From NCBI GenBank assembly GCA_965287045.1, contig OZ336890.1, positions 27,528,001 through 27,592,000 on the forward strand: a DNA stretch of 64,000 bases, written 5' to 3'. A program made the position numbers and the translations under genes. This document shows, piece after piece, positions 39,931 through 53,183 of the stretch; the first letter of the stretch is position 1, and each line of letters starts with the position of its first letter. This DNA is from Carcharhinus amblyrhynchos. Its lineage: Eukaryota. Under the pieces are notes generated by a model that saw only the letters and a list, made by a program, of their open reading frames with translations, did not search any database and was not told the origin of the DNA.

Positions 39931-40649
39931 TCACAACCTTCATTCTCAAGTCATGCCACCTGCCTCAACCCTTCCCTCAGAGAATGTGATTTTGTGCTTG
40001 GTGAAATATTTAATCAACGAAAATCTCCTAAAGTTATCACTGGCACAAAGACGGAGCAATTAAAGCTACGAGGTATCATTTATGTGCTTGCCAAACTCAT
40101 TCAACCCAAGTTCTGGTCACTGGAAACAAAAGCCAGTCACAGCAATCAGATCTAAATAATCCTTAATAAGTGAATGATCAAGGTCAGATATGCCATGAAA
40201 ATGTGGCATACTAGATCATAGTGAAATAAGCATCACTTCTGTGATTAGTTGCAAGTGTTCCAAACGCCAAAATTCTTTGATGAGTTGATGTTAAATTTAA
40301 ATTATTTCTATGTCCTATATTTCTCATGACCGTGCATTACAACTTAAGTCGATACGGATGCATCTTCATTTATTATTAATTAAATATATTTTGGTTTTAT
40401 TAAAAATTCAGAGAAACTATCATGAACAGGAATATAACTAATACTACCACAAAGAACAAAGAAGATCAAAGAACAGAAACAACCAGGGAAACAGGCCCTT
40501 CGGCCCAACGAGCCCACGCCGCCATTTTAACATTACCAGTCCCCCCTCCACCCATGACCCTTATCTATACTTAAATGTCAAATGTCACTGTCCGTTATTT
40601 TAATGGAAGCATTAATCTATTTATTTTAAAAGACATTAGTATTTGTTAA

Positions 40650-40811
40650 ATCTGGACACTTTGCTGTGCGAACAGTGAGTTCACACTGAATTTGTTTGTC
40701 CACTATTTCACAGAAACTTCATATGATTCTAGGGTTCTATGGTTTCTGTGAAGTAGTGGACAGAAAAATTTAGTGTGAAAAGTCACTGTTCCCACAGCAA
40801 AGTACCCAGAT
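40650..40811. repeat. Fold-back inverted repeat, ~68-70 bp arms, 24 nt loop
   Basis: ATCTGGACACTTTGCTGTGCGAACAGTGA..GTCCACTATTTCACAGAAAC versus GTTTCTGTGAAGTAGTGGAC..TCACTGTTCCCACAGCAAAGTACCCAGAT. Confidence 0.92.
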
Positions 40812-41309
40812 ATATTTCTTTACATCTGTGAAGTGAATATCCTTTTTTAACTTCTCAACAGTATTTGCCATATGTTATATATGTGTATAAGGCTCTGATA
40901 TCTAGAAGAGATATCTTCTAGAGATATCTAGAAGAGTTCCTCTAGATTGCTAGTTGCTTGCAGATATTGAACTGTACGTAACAAAAATGTTTGCTGCAAT
41001 AAACAGTCTTCTTAAGAATGGGACATCAAAATAAAGTTGTTTCATGGTGAAATAGATGTAATGGTATTTACACTATAAAGCTATGTTTATTAGCAATATG
41101 CTATATAATTGAAACAGAGACAAATTGTCATGTAACACATGAGCATTTCATTCAAGCTATTTTCCATTTAAAATAATGCTCATGAACATGAACATGAAAT
41201 GCTCATGCATTTGACATTATAACCTATGTTTGGAGTTATTTAATGAGAACAATTGGAATGATCAATTGTTATTTAATTACAACTTTGTAATAAAAATGAT
41301 AAATGGCAG

Positions 41310-41430
41310 CCGGGGGTGGGGTGGAGGGGGTGGGGGGGGGGTGGTGGTGGTGGTGGTGGTGGTGGTGGGGGGGTGGGGGGGTGGGGGTGGTGCGTGGTGG
41401 GGGTGGAGAGGAGGAGGTGTTGGCGGAGAG
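41310..41430 (+). repeat. G-rich low-complexity / (GGT)n tract, G-quadruplex potential
   Basis: Multiple G runs plus about nine GGT units. Confidence 0.85.
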
Positions 41431-42481
41431 TGAGCAATGTAACAAAAGGATTGTGGGAAAGGAAGCTCAGGGCAGTGAATGGTGTTATTCTTCTGGCACT
41501 CTTTTTCGGGCTAAGTGAATCAGGATTTTGTGCTGCAGTATTTTTTTTTGATTTGCCATTTGAAAGCTGAGTAGACCAGTCGTGTATGTGTGACTGCACC
41601 AAGCAGTCTTCAAACTTACTACCCTATTACATATCACTGATACAAGGCTAATGGAAATATTATAAAAATGTTTCTCAACATTATCATTAAAGTCACCTTG
41701 GGATGTGTTTTCCTCCTCTTTTTTCATTGTCCCATGTAATATTCCCAAGTTTCAGAGGGTGGGTCAGAGATTTAGTCCAAAGTCCTTATGAATAACGATG
41801 AGTCTGACTCAGAAACCGCAAAGGACTATGAAAGAGGGATCTTCAGTGCCAAGAGTTTGAATTCTTTTGTCCTGAAGTTACCACCAAGAATATGGTGGGG
41901 TGCACTTTCCACCCATCCTTTGGTCTTAGAGTGACTGGGCCTTGTTTTTCTTTTAAGTACTGTAGTGAACTTTGGGAATGATAAACATTTCTGATCGCGA
42001 GTTTGTGCCTTTGGCAGACTAAAGCCTAGCAGGCACGAAAGTGCCGCAGCAGTCAGAAGGGGCCACCTCATAAAACTTAGTTTTGCATGAAACTGAGGAA
42101 TGTCTTAATGGAAAAATGTTGGACAGCCAATGCAGCAGTGCACAGAATCAAACATTTAGATGCTGAAATGGTCTTTCAAGAGGTCACTCTCTGGTGAAAC
42201 CTTTTTGGAAATGACAAAGGGCAGTTACAATAGAGAAGTGAATAAAATTGGCCAGCCACAGTGTTAATTTAACAACCTATTGCACATCCTTTCAGCCAAT
42301 GCAGTGTATTGCCGTACCAAGTCAGGGAAGGTTACAAGAGACAGCCGTAGTTTCCAATACTCCACTTAACTACACGCTTTTACCAGTAAGATCAATTGCT
42401 TGACTAGCTTACCATCAATGTCTATGAGACAATGAGGTGTGTTTTCATACTTTGCATGAAAATGTTCCATCATTTGCATTT

Positions 42482-42924
42482 ATAGAATCCCTACTGCGCA
42501 GAAGGAGGCTATTCAGCCCATCAAGTCTCCTGCTGATATTTCCCGATTCCTTAAGACCCAGATATGTCCATCTTTTTGAATGGATTTGTAATGCTTTCAC
42601 TCATAGCCTCTGTAATGCACTTAAGACTCTCTGATAGAACATTTTAGTCAGGCCCACCAGTCTACCCTATCTCTGTAACACCACTCATTTACTCTGCTAA
42701 ACCCCCTAACCTACACATCTTTGGACAGTAAGGGGCAAGTTAATATTGTCAATCCACCTAATCTGCACATTTTAGGAATGTACGAGGAAATCTATGGAAC
42801 ACCTGGAGGAAATCCATGCAAACATGGAGAGAACATACAAATTCCACACAGACAGTCATTCAAGCTGAAATCGAACCCTCATCCCTGGTGGTGTGAGACT
42901 GTAGTGCCAACCACTGTGCCACTC
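42482..42924 (-). mobile_element. HE1/V-SINE-like element, tail type A, with a ~90 bp internal insertion
   Basis: TAGAATCCCTAC..GGAGGCTATTCAGCCCATC tail; core and head to CCACTGTGCCAC. Confidence 0.85.
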
Positions 42925-43847
42925 TAACATGCATACTTCACATAAATGCCTTGCTTGGAATGAGAACTCCTCAGTTGGTCTGCGTGCTGATACCTGGGTT
43001 TATCTGTATCATAGGAATGAAATGACATTACCATTTGTATGCATTTATTCTTCAAACACAACAGATAGAAGAGATTGGCAACAGGTGGTGGACAATTGAG
43101 GCTGCCATTTCTTATGAGGAGGAAAGCATGGAAAGTGCAGGGAGGGAGGACAAGGATGATGTCAGAAATGACAAAGTAGGAGGGCATGTGCCAATAAAGA
43201 ATTCATCAGTGCATTCTGCTTCTCTTCCTATTACACCTTGCATCACCTGTCAGTGAAACGCTCATTGTGTGAGCTTCATTCTGAGGAAAACCATTCTTAC
43301 TTCTCATATTTATGTCTCCTGATGTTTCTGAAGCAGATAAGCAATGACAAAGTACATCCATCCCTGTCAGAATTTCAGAATATGAGATATGAATCACTGT
43401 CTTCCTTCAAATAACAACCCAGAATCATCCATTTGAGCAGAATTAGAGGATGTGGTAGAGGGGAGATGTCTGGGTGATACACAAAGTGTGAGTGATTGTG
43501 AGTGAGCAGGGCTATTTTACTCCTCCATTTAAGATACTGAAGATCCAGATCTCACGAGGCCTGCATTTAAAAGAAGAATGCTTTCAAAGAAGCTAACCTA
43601 AGTACAGATGTTCAGGTTGTGCCCAAAACAGTGCAACTGATTGACAAGAGAATTCAATGAATCACTTTGATGCCCTTAGGATTGTCTTTGCAAGTCTGCC
43701 ACACATCCTGGAACAAAGAGCAATGTCATCTTGAGGGACAACTACGGGGTTTGGCCCATGAAACTGATGAAAAGGCATATGCACTTCTTTCTTCAATGGT
43801 TCAGACAACTGCTTTGGTGGTGTTGGTAAGGAGTGTCTCTTCTACCC

Positions 43848-44121
43848 TGTTAATGACTGAGAGTGGGAAACCAATGACTCAGGAAGTCCGATTGGAAAGG
43901 AACACAGTTTATTACAGAATGCAAAGTAAAACCACTGCCATAGTGTGCACACCCTAATGCCTGTCTGGGACTACAGTTCAGCAGGCCCAGTCTAGAGCCT
44001 GCCTTATAAAAGGCTCAGATAACGAGTCCCAGTTGGGCAGGCCACTGCCTGTTATCAGGAGAATTCATACTCAATGAACCCTAAACAGTGATTCCCCATG
44101 AACCTTGTGGGGATTATCACA
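43848..44121 (-). mobile_element. Possible solo LTR (~275 bp)
   Basis: TGT..ACA ends; AATAAA and a TATA-like TTTTATAA in correct order on the minus strand; no clear TSD. Confidence 0.35.
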
Positions 44122-45859
44122 GATTATTACATGGGTCTTCTTTAGTGCCATTAAAACTAATTCATCACAGATCAATGGCAATACAAAACCAATGCCAGCA
44201 AATGCATACCTTCACCACCTCTCTCTGATGCCTGTACAGGTGGCAGGTACCAGGCACGGTTGGTTTGCCAGGCAGAGTAACCAGATGCAGCTATAATTGT
44301 CATCATGCAAAGGTGTCCGCAATACCAAAAGATTCTTATTCCCAAACACCAACAGCTACCTCACACCTCTCTGTTACTCATCTTGAAGCAACATTAGGTT
44401 TGGCTTAAGAATTCAAACATTGGGATGAAGGAAAAGCACTATTGTAAGAAGTATTCACAAGCATGTTCACAATGGGTTTTGATTAAAATTATTGTTGCAT
44501 TAACGGTGCCCTGTGCAAATGGTTTTCCTGGCAAGATTTGAAATTGGCTTTGACGAGTTGAAAGATGTGGGTAGTTGCGTGCATGGAAGATTCTGAGGAC
44601 AATGTGATGGGAAGGGGAGACATGCCAATTTCCATATGGCAATCAAGGGAAGTCGTGAATCATTGTAACATGAATGTGCCATTCAGCCAGGAAAATGTTT
44701 CTCTCCTCCTCCTCAAGTTGCTGTGTGCACGGAAGATTCTGAGGATAATATTCCTCCTTCTCAGGAAAATGCAATTAAGAAAAGCTATCCCCATATCTGT
44801 AGGCATAGGGATAATGGCAGGTAGGTGCTAAGTGCTTTTACTGCAGCCTCTTCTAGTCTCCATGAGTTCTATCACCTCTTTTAGAAAGTCAAGACATGGG
44901 AGATTCTCCACTAAATACGTCTTACTATTTCACGGAAGTTGCTTTCACCATCTGCCAGAAATGACTGTGAAGCTTTGTGAGCGCTGAAGTTGAAACTTTT
45001 AATGCTCCAAATCCATGCTCCATTTCCCACCCCAATGCTATGAATATAAGCTGAAGGAAGAGTAACTTCCAAGATTAAGAACTGATTTTCTCTCACACAT
45101 CATGCAGAAGCTGCTGGCACCACCTTGTACCACCAATGTGATCATTACTGTGGGGAGTTGCATTCCTTGGCAGAGTACATTGAAAGTCCAATCTAGCGTT
45201 ACAAAACCTGTCCCACTTTGTCACTTTATTCTGTACGATACAACGTCCGTGCTATTGATATAGACCTTCTGGTATCTGACACGTGCTTGAATTGCATTCA
45301 AGCTGTATCGAAAAGGCTACACTCACACTCTATACGTGAAAACAAGCATCTGATCTTATTTATTTTGCATATTATGTTTCCATGTTCTTTGAAAGTACGG
45401 AGAATTATGCAATTAAATTTGATCAGCTTATCTGAGTCTCCCAGATGTTTTGCAAAAGTTAGAAATGAACAAGATTCCTGGGCAGATTATTAAGCAGCAT
45501 CAGTAGTTCCCCCATTGGTTGTCTTCCAAGGCATTCCTTCAGATTGGTGATAGCTTACTCCTGAAAGACCCTGTGGGGTGAGAACCCACCCAGCTCACAA
45601 AACCTTTGGAAGTCAAAAATTATGTTTAGTGGACAGATCCTATTGCCGTTTGAGCCTGTGAGCTTTTAAAGACAAAACAAAAACTGACAACCAAATAAGA
45701 GCCATTTCCTCAGACGACGTGGAAAGCATATTAATTCAACATAGAATAACAACAGCAAGTGGGGAGTCAAAACATAGCATACAGTCGAAAGAAACTTTAT
45801 CTCATTGAAAATATATGAGAGACAATTTCAGATATGGCACTACAAATGTGGCCTGCTTG

Positions 45860-46500
45860 CTGCTTTGCCATTTCCTGGTCCAAACTGATAGTTTGTGTTT
45901 GTTTTCTTTGGGGAGGACCAAGGAGATATAGCAGTCCTGAAAAAGGTTCAGAAGAGGGCCACTAGCTTAATGTATAATTTAGTCACCCTTCATTATCATG
46001 ATAGGCTCAGGAAGCTACTTTAGAAAAGCATAGACTCCAGGGCGACATGACTGAAGTAGCTGGAAGGATGGTGGACTGAGACTATATATGTGACCTGGTT
46101 ATTTGAATTAAATAAGTTAGAGTGATGAAACATGCCTATAAATTACTCAAACTTAGAACTAGGTTAGATGTCAAAAGGTTTTCCTTTCCCAAAGGGGATT
46201 TTTAACTTGGAAATAAGTTGCCAGTCCATTCAGTGAGTGCAAATTCACTCCAACAAGTTCTTGGAGGAGATGTATATTGTTGAGTGCTGGACAATACATC
46301 ACATGGTCATTGTTATCCCTAGGAATTTGTTTTGATTGTCTTCGAGGATCAGAAAGGAATTTCCCAAAATTCTCTACTCCCAGAAATGACCTGGGGTGCT
46401 GTTTTTTTAAAGCGTTGTTTTGTCTCTCCCATGAAATTATATGGCTGCTGGTGGGGCAAGGAATATCGGGATCATGTTGCCTAGTTGCAAAACAATGCAA
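45860..46500 (+). mobile_element. Highly degraded CR1 fragment
   Basis: LKKVQKRAT.L remnant and later TAGAAAAGCATAGACTCCAGGGCGACATG (LEK.RL.GD) motif. Confidence 0.55.
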
Positions 46501-48974
46501 TGGCACAGATTTGATGAACCAATTTGTACTTTCCTGTTTGTCATTTTTGTACATTGGTAAATACTTCCTTTCACACTTTGCAGGTGATGTTTGCCCCTTA
46601 TACGATGGAATACTACACCTGAACAGTTGGAGTAAGCGCAATGGAGCAGTATACTGTGGCTAGAAAAGACTAGGTGAAAGTAATGTTTAATGCATATAAC
46701 ATTCCTCCTTTACGTTAATGGAGATGTAGAATTGTTTACTCTTTGAAAGTAAGCACAAATTTATATATTGCTGTGGATTTGGCTCCAGTCTCAGGCTATC
46801 TGACTTCTGGTAATGTAATGAGATTTGTGGGTATTTTGAAAGTGTGTGAAGGAGCTTCCAACGTCTGGATAACCACAAGTCTATTAACTTTTCCGCTGCA
46901 GCATTTTTTTGTAGTTGAGCTGAAGCAAGGCATAATCCTTTTTTTGAGGTTTTCTGAGGGTGAATTTTAAACCCTTCAATTATATTATGCAGAAAATCAT
47001 CCAGAACCAAGTTAAGAAGCAGAGACAATCAGAAACCAATCGCTTTCATCTGATTATGGGGCAAATTATGATTACAAACATGGATGGTGCTAGGAGGAAT
47101 AAATTATGGTGACAGAAGTCACCAATATAAAATGAAAGAAAGCAAAAAGCAGGCAAATGTTCTGTTGATTTAAATGTTTTAAGGATAATTGTGATAATTT
47201 TGCACAAAATTTAGAAGCAGAAAAAATATTGCTTTTGCTCAACTATTAAGACTAAACTAAATGGGTCACATTCGCTGCTTTGGAACATTTACCTAATTTA
47301 TCCTTATAAAACCCAGTATAAAGAATTTATTTTGCAAATGTTATTAAAAGAAGAGATGCACATTTTGGAAGTTGAAGAAGCTTTTAAGTGGCCAAAGGGC
47401 TTAAAGACTTGCTTCTATGCTATGATACAACTATAGTGTTCCTTAGAGTCCCTTGTGTCTTTGCCATTAGATGATGCATGGTTTGGACACACACTCCATC
47501 ACCTTGTCCCAAAAAAATGTTTCACACAAAGGTGAAGTCAACAACAATTACAATAACTTCTCCTGGTTATTTATCCCTGCATAGTTTTCATGAAAGAAGC
47601 ATACCTTTATAAACAAAACAATATGCTTAATCTTGGCAACAGCCTTGCTCAATCATTATAATTAAAACCAAGATTTACAGAACATGAAAGAAATCATTAG
47701 GAAAAAATCCCCCACCACATCAACGGTCTGAAGCTTTTCCAATAATCCAAACAGCTTGTTAATTTTTTTAACAGGGACATTAAAAGTGAGTATTAAAAAA
47801 AGATGGAATCTGTTTTTTTGGGACACAAAGTCAGAAAGATGTTGAGCTGTGGGCTGTGCTCATGTCTCTCATGGTTTTGCCTGAAGCCCTCTCCCTGTTA
47901 TCAGTGGACACTGCTAGTGATTTGTATCATTAAAAACAACATAGTTCCTTAGACTTTCACTAGAAAATGACCGTGCTATCTGATTGGAATAGTATTTATC
48001 AGATTGCTATAATGGTCATAACACATCATGAAGCAATGGTAATTATTCCAACAGCTGGTTTTATTTAATTGAAAATTGTATGCACATTGGGCTTAATCTT
48101 GGGACCCAACCTACAGTGTGCCTTTATAGAACAACTAGCATTGTTTTATTGTATAATCAGAAAATCCTTCAAAGACTAATATCTCCATGTATAATTAAAA
48201 CAATATTGTGTATTGCTCCACTATTGAGCCTGACATTACGAAGTGAATTTTTCAACATGGTGCTTTTCTTTTGTTAACTTAATCTTAATCTATTCTGACT
48301 GAATCTGCTGGTTTTCATTTTATCTTTGGCTTTGACATGATATGACAGCTGGAAAAGTCCTGGTGCATGCAATATGCAAGTGATTACACTGATGAAATAC
48401 TGAAATATACCAATTGTGTTGTGGGGGGAGACGGGGGAGGAATTGGTGCAAGAAAGATGGTTACAGGAGAGATAGGGGCCATGGGTTACTCTTCTTTATG
48501 GGATAGAAGTTAAGCTGGAAAGTGGAAGGAGGCAGGGATTCAGACTGTGGGCTCCGGGTGGGAAAATTCTGTTTCTTCACTTCTAAATTGGTTTTTATAT
48601 AGCAGCAGATCTGAAATATGCCTACAGAACAAAGGCCCAGTGCTGCACAATTATTGGGTACATGTGCCAAGCATCTGACCGCCACAGGCCAACAGAGTTT
48701 GGATGGTGATTCTTTTTGTCTAAACACCAATTCTTCCATTTATTAATCATCCTTTAGGTAACCTGAAGCAAGACTTAAGATTTTTAGGTTATTTTCTAAT
48801 CACCCTGAAAGAGCTCCACCTCAAAGATAAAGGACACTATTTTACCAGCCATCAATGCCATGCTCCTGCTGTAGCAAAATTGGAAAGTTTGGCGGCCAAC
48901 TAAATCTCTGTTCACCACAGCAGGATGGGATGAATGGTGTAAGATTCTGGCCAAACTGTTTCCTTTCTTTTACT

Positions 48975-49470
48975 GAAATCTGGAATTTCCTCCTCAAACC
49001 TCTCCACCTTGCCAGCTAACGCTTCTTAGCAAGTAGGCTTACATTAACACTGCAATGAAGTTACTGTGAAAATCCCCTAGTTGCCACATTCCAGCGCTTG
49101 TTCTGGTACACTGAGAGAGAATTTAGCATGGCCAATGCACCTATCTAACGCATCTTTCAGACTGTGGGAGGAAACTGGAGCACCGGAAGGGAACCCACAC
49201 AGATGCAGGGAGAATGTGTAGACTTCGCACAGTCACTTAAACTGGGAATTGAACCTGGGTCCCTGGTGCTGCGAGGCAGCAGTGTGTCACCTTGCACCCT
49301 CTTTTGCTTCCATAAAAATGCTCCTTAAAACCTACCCCTTTCACCAAGCTTTTAGACATCTGATCTCATATGTGGCTTAATGACTAATGATGCTTGATAA
49401 AGCTTCAGCTCCTTGGGGTCTTTTGTTATATTGAAGGCACTAAATAAATCAGTGAAAGTTGTTGTTGCAG
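48975..49470 (+). mobile_element. L2-like LINE 3' end interrupted by a SINE
   Basis: CTGGAATTTCCTCCTCAAACCTCTCCACCT .. CTCCTTAAAACCTACC..CAAGCTTTT .. AAGGCACTAAATAAAT..GTTGTTGTTG. Confidence 0.6.
49029..49297 (-). mobile_element. HE1/V-SINE-like element, tail type B
   Basis: CAAGTAGGCTTACATTAACACTGCAATGAAG..GAGGCAGCAGTG. Confidence 0.9.
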
Positions 49471-49878
49471 GATGGCTCTTCTGTGTATTTGCAACACCTT
49501 TTGCTTCTTATGTTGATCATTTTCTTAATTTTTGCATAACTGAAATAAACAAGGTGGTTTTACCCGCGCTGTAACTCTCTTTGTTGTACGGATGTCAGTT
49601 ACTCCTTGAATCAGGTCACTCTTTGGCTGAAATGTTTTCTTGTCACCTGGTACTTCAAAGCCTCTGAGCCACTTTGTCACTTATCTCTGATCTGTCCCTT
49701 GTCTTGCTTCTTCCTTTCAGTCTTGGGTGGGTATACTTGAAGCCTCATTAGTGCACGTATAGCTGTGCTTTGTACAGAATTAATTATAACTCAATGATTG
49801 AGTGTTTGAACAAGTGCTTGGTGAATGAGTCACTCCCCCATTTTTTATATGTTAGGTTCAGCACACTTTGTTGAGAGG

Positions 49879-49880
<2 letters not shown>

Positions 49881-49914
<34 letters not shown>

Positions 49915-49980
49915 AGGGGGGGTGGGGGGGAGGAGTGGAGGGTTGGGTGGGCAAGGGTAGGATGTGGGTATGTGGGGGAG
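49881..49980. repeat. (GT)16 microsatellite followed by a G-rich tract
   Basis: Perfect GT run 49881-49912, then multiple G runs. Confidence 0.92.
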
Positions 49981-52900
49981 GTTTCTGATCAATAGCTTTT
50001 CATGATGGGAACCATGGCTTTACACTCTGGTAATAAATCATGGCTTTCATTAAATGAAAACCTTTAGCAGGGCTCAAAAGCGTTAGCATCTTCACAGAAG
50101 CACAGCAAAAGCCTTAGTGACAAAGAAGGAGTCCTAGGGACAAAAAACAGGTGATTGCAAATTCCAATGCGGTGTAGTCTGCTGTATTGCTGTCATGAGC
50201 ATTGAAGTGCTCATACTTCAAAAGCCAATTAGACGTTAACTGGAGAAACCTAATACAGCACCAGTTCTGAACCTGAGTTACGTTATGGCTGCAAATTCTA
50301 ACTTATTGCAGCTTTATGGCCTATTTGGTTATTAGTGGTAATTATACGGATGTAAAGTTATTGTAATCTGGAGAAAAAAAGCTTTCCCCTAAATAACTGG
50401 AGCTATGCAACAGGAGATTCCTGTCAGAATGGTTAACAAACAGGCAAATGTGGCTCCTATGCTGATGTATTCATTGCCTACAACCCGCCTGCTGAAGTGG
50501 ATTAGGGCAGCTGTAACTACAAACCAGAGGTGCCTAAATTGGATCAGGAATTTCAGTGGGAACAGAACTGTACTGCTTTAATAACTTTGAAATGTCCCTG
50601 CCTACAAATGTTTGCATTTCCAGTTTGTTCCAGCTGTGCTATTTAGCCTACACAAACAATTTTTGGGAAGTAGTGTTGCAGTTTATCTTTCTAATTTGTG
50701 TATGCTGCAATTGGAAATCTCTTTGACATTTCAAACAACCAACTTGTTGCAGAAATAGGCTGCTCGGGCCATTTTTGCTCTACCTTTGTTGACAGTCATG
50801 GGGGTGAGGGGTTTCGTGTGAAAATTCTCCACATTCATCGTCAGGACATAATGCAGCCGAAAATATTTGGGGAAATCAAAAAATAATCTGTGAACATTAA
50901 TCAAATGTTGGAACTATCTGTAATGGTTTCAGTGATTTCAACCCACAGGTTTTGTTCAGTTAACCCCCTGCTGAAAATCCTGATATGTTTAATTGTATAG
51001 GAAATAAATGGGAAAAAAGCAGCATGTTCGCTGTGGACAAACTATTCACATGATTTAATGTAACAGTTTTGTGGAATATAGTTTATTGTTTTGTAAATCA
51101 TCGCCATTGATTAATCTGATTGCTTTATATCCCAAAATGCATGCATAAGAGGGTAAAACATGAAAGAGAACTGTCTAGATTAAATATTTGCACTGATTGA
51201 AATTTAGTGTGCAAGAGGTTATTACATGAAGTTAGTATTCAACGTCATGTTCATCAAAAATATTAATATTTTACATTTAAATTCCAGTTAAATGATGTGG
51301 ACACGCTTAATACTGCTGTCTTTCAGAAGCATAATAAACCTACTTTTTTGGAAGTTATGTTACTGGGAATGGAGGGACTTATTTGGAAAATATGTCATGG
51401 ACAATAGTATGGAGTGGGTGGGATTGTGTTTTCAGTGGAACAGTGTACTGAACAGGCCATGCAACGGTCAACCAAAGTGCAAGAGTCCTTTTTGATCTAT
51501 CACTCGAAAAGTATTTCTATTTCACTGATGCCAGCAGCCCTCTGGTAATCCCCCACTAATGGTAATTATTCATGAGCAGGTCCAGAGAATGAATCTTTGG
51601 GATCTGAACTTTGGGATTATCACACCCAAACCTGTTTTTTTGCCTCACATAACAAACAAACATGCACATACACACACCCACCACTGAAGAATAGTCATGT
51701 GCTCTGGCTAATTTTCTCCTCTATTCGAAAGGGACACTGAACTTAACTGTGGCGACCACTCTGTTCTCAAGTTAAGATCAGCACTAAATGAAATGTGAAA
51801 CATTCCCATAGCAGACATCCTTCTTTTGTATTGTATTTTGGTATATTGATTAACATATTTGTGTTAAATTCTTCTGTGCACTGTTTTAATAAAGTTATTT
51901 TCCTGGTTCAAATAAATCGATGGACAAGTTTAAAGTAAATGGTTTAATGACTCTTGTCAAAATAAAGCCAATGAAATTTAACATGAGTGCATTAACCAGC
52001 ATGTTCAGAACACCTTTTACAATTAAACAAGCTCTTGAGTGGAAATGGATTCAGAACTGGTACTTTCTCATTACTGTCTAAAAAGATGGTTATAGAAATG
52101 AACACTTACACAGAAGGCAGAGTATTTGCGCAGGATTGCTTTGCATTATAGATATTTTTTAAATTATCAGCCGTTGGTATGCTTCTTGTGTAAAGACAAA
52201 TTTGGCCGATCCTTAGCTTGATTGTTATGGTTCTAACTGAACTTTACTTTTACCAAAAAGGATGGTTATTTCCTTTTGCTTTATGCGGAGAGAACTCGTG
52301 AAGGGAAAGTAAGGTCCTTGCGGGTTTTTGATGACAACAAGTACAACTGGAATGAACTTTCATCTATGAACTTGTATGTAGTGCGAAACCAATTGACATA
52401 CATGTGGACAATAAGAATATTTACCCGTACTTCATTCAGCATGACCTGTACATAACCTTATTGAAATGATGACAGCCCTACCCTAGGGTTTGTTTTATAA
52501 AATGAATTGTAGGGAGTTAGCATGAGACTAGGGAACATTATTTTTTCTTAAATCTCTTTAGCAATTTGATTCTATTAGTCTGTTCTGAATTAGTTGATCT
52601 CAATTGGAGTGGCTAAGAATTTGTAGAAAAAAAATTGGTCTCCACAACCCTCTGATAAAGTGCGAGCACAGTTGTGGGGAAAGAGAATGGAAATCATCCA
52701 GTGTTCTTCTTCATGATTACTGCTGCTGGAAAGCATGCAGTTATGCATTTTAGTTGCAATGAGATTTGGCTATGATGTTCTCCATATATATAGTTGATAT
52801 TTACTGTCTACACCTCAGAGAGATGCTTCTGGATTGATTATACATCCAAGAGACTCGCTGCAGAAATGTGAACTAAACTGCATTTTCTAAGTTGGCTGGT

Positions 52901-53007
52901 ATGTGTGACTAATACACTGGGCAGCACATGAACCCAGCAGGCATTAAGTGCTGCTTCAGCATTATGAAGCAAAATGAACATGTCAAAAACCTTGCTTCAT
53001 TTTTTTA

Positions 53008-53183
53008 ATATTCATTCATGAGACGTGGGCATCACTGGCTAGCCAGCAATTATTGCCCATTCCTAGTTGACCTTGTTCAGAGGGCAGTTGAGAGCCAATC
53101 ACATTGCTGTGGCTCTGGAGTCACATGAAAGCCAGACCAGATAAGGATGGCAGATTTCCTTCCCTAATGGACATTGGTGAACT
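53008..53183. repeat. Interspersed repeat of uncertain class
   Basis: GTGGGCATCACTGGC..CCAGCA.TTATTGCCCAT.CCTA.TTG.CCTTG motif recurs at ~16305-16376 and ~60770-60836. Confidence 0.6.

Noticed and set aside
41230-41602. Poly-Gly/Pro/Trp/Val ORFs
   Set aside because: Translations of a G-rich simple repeat
46171-47028. Overlapping 113-156 aa ORFs
   Set aside because: Partly overlap degraded CR1 sequence; no recognisable domain or splice-supported exon
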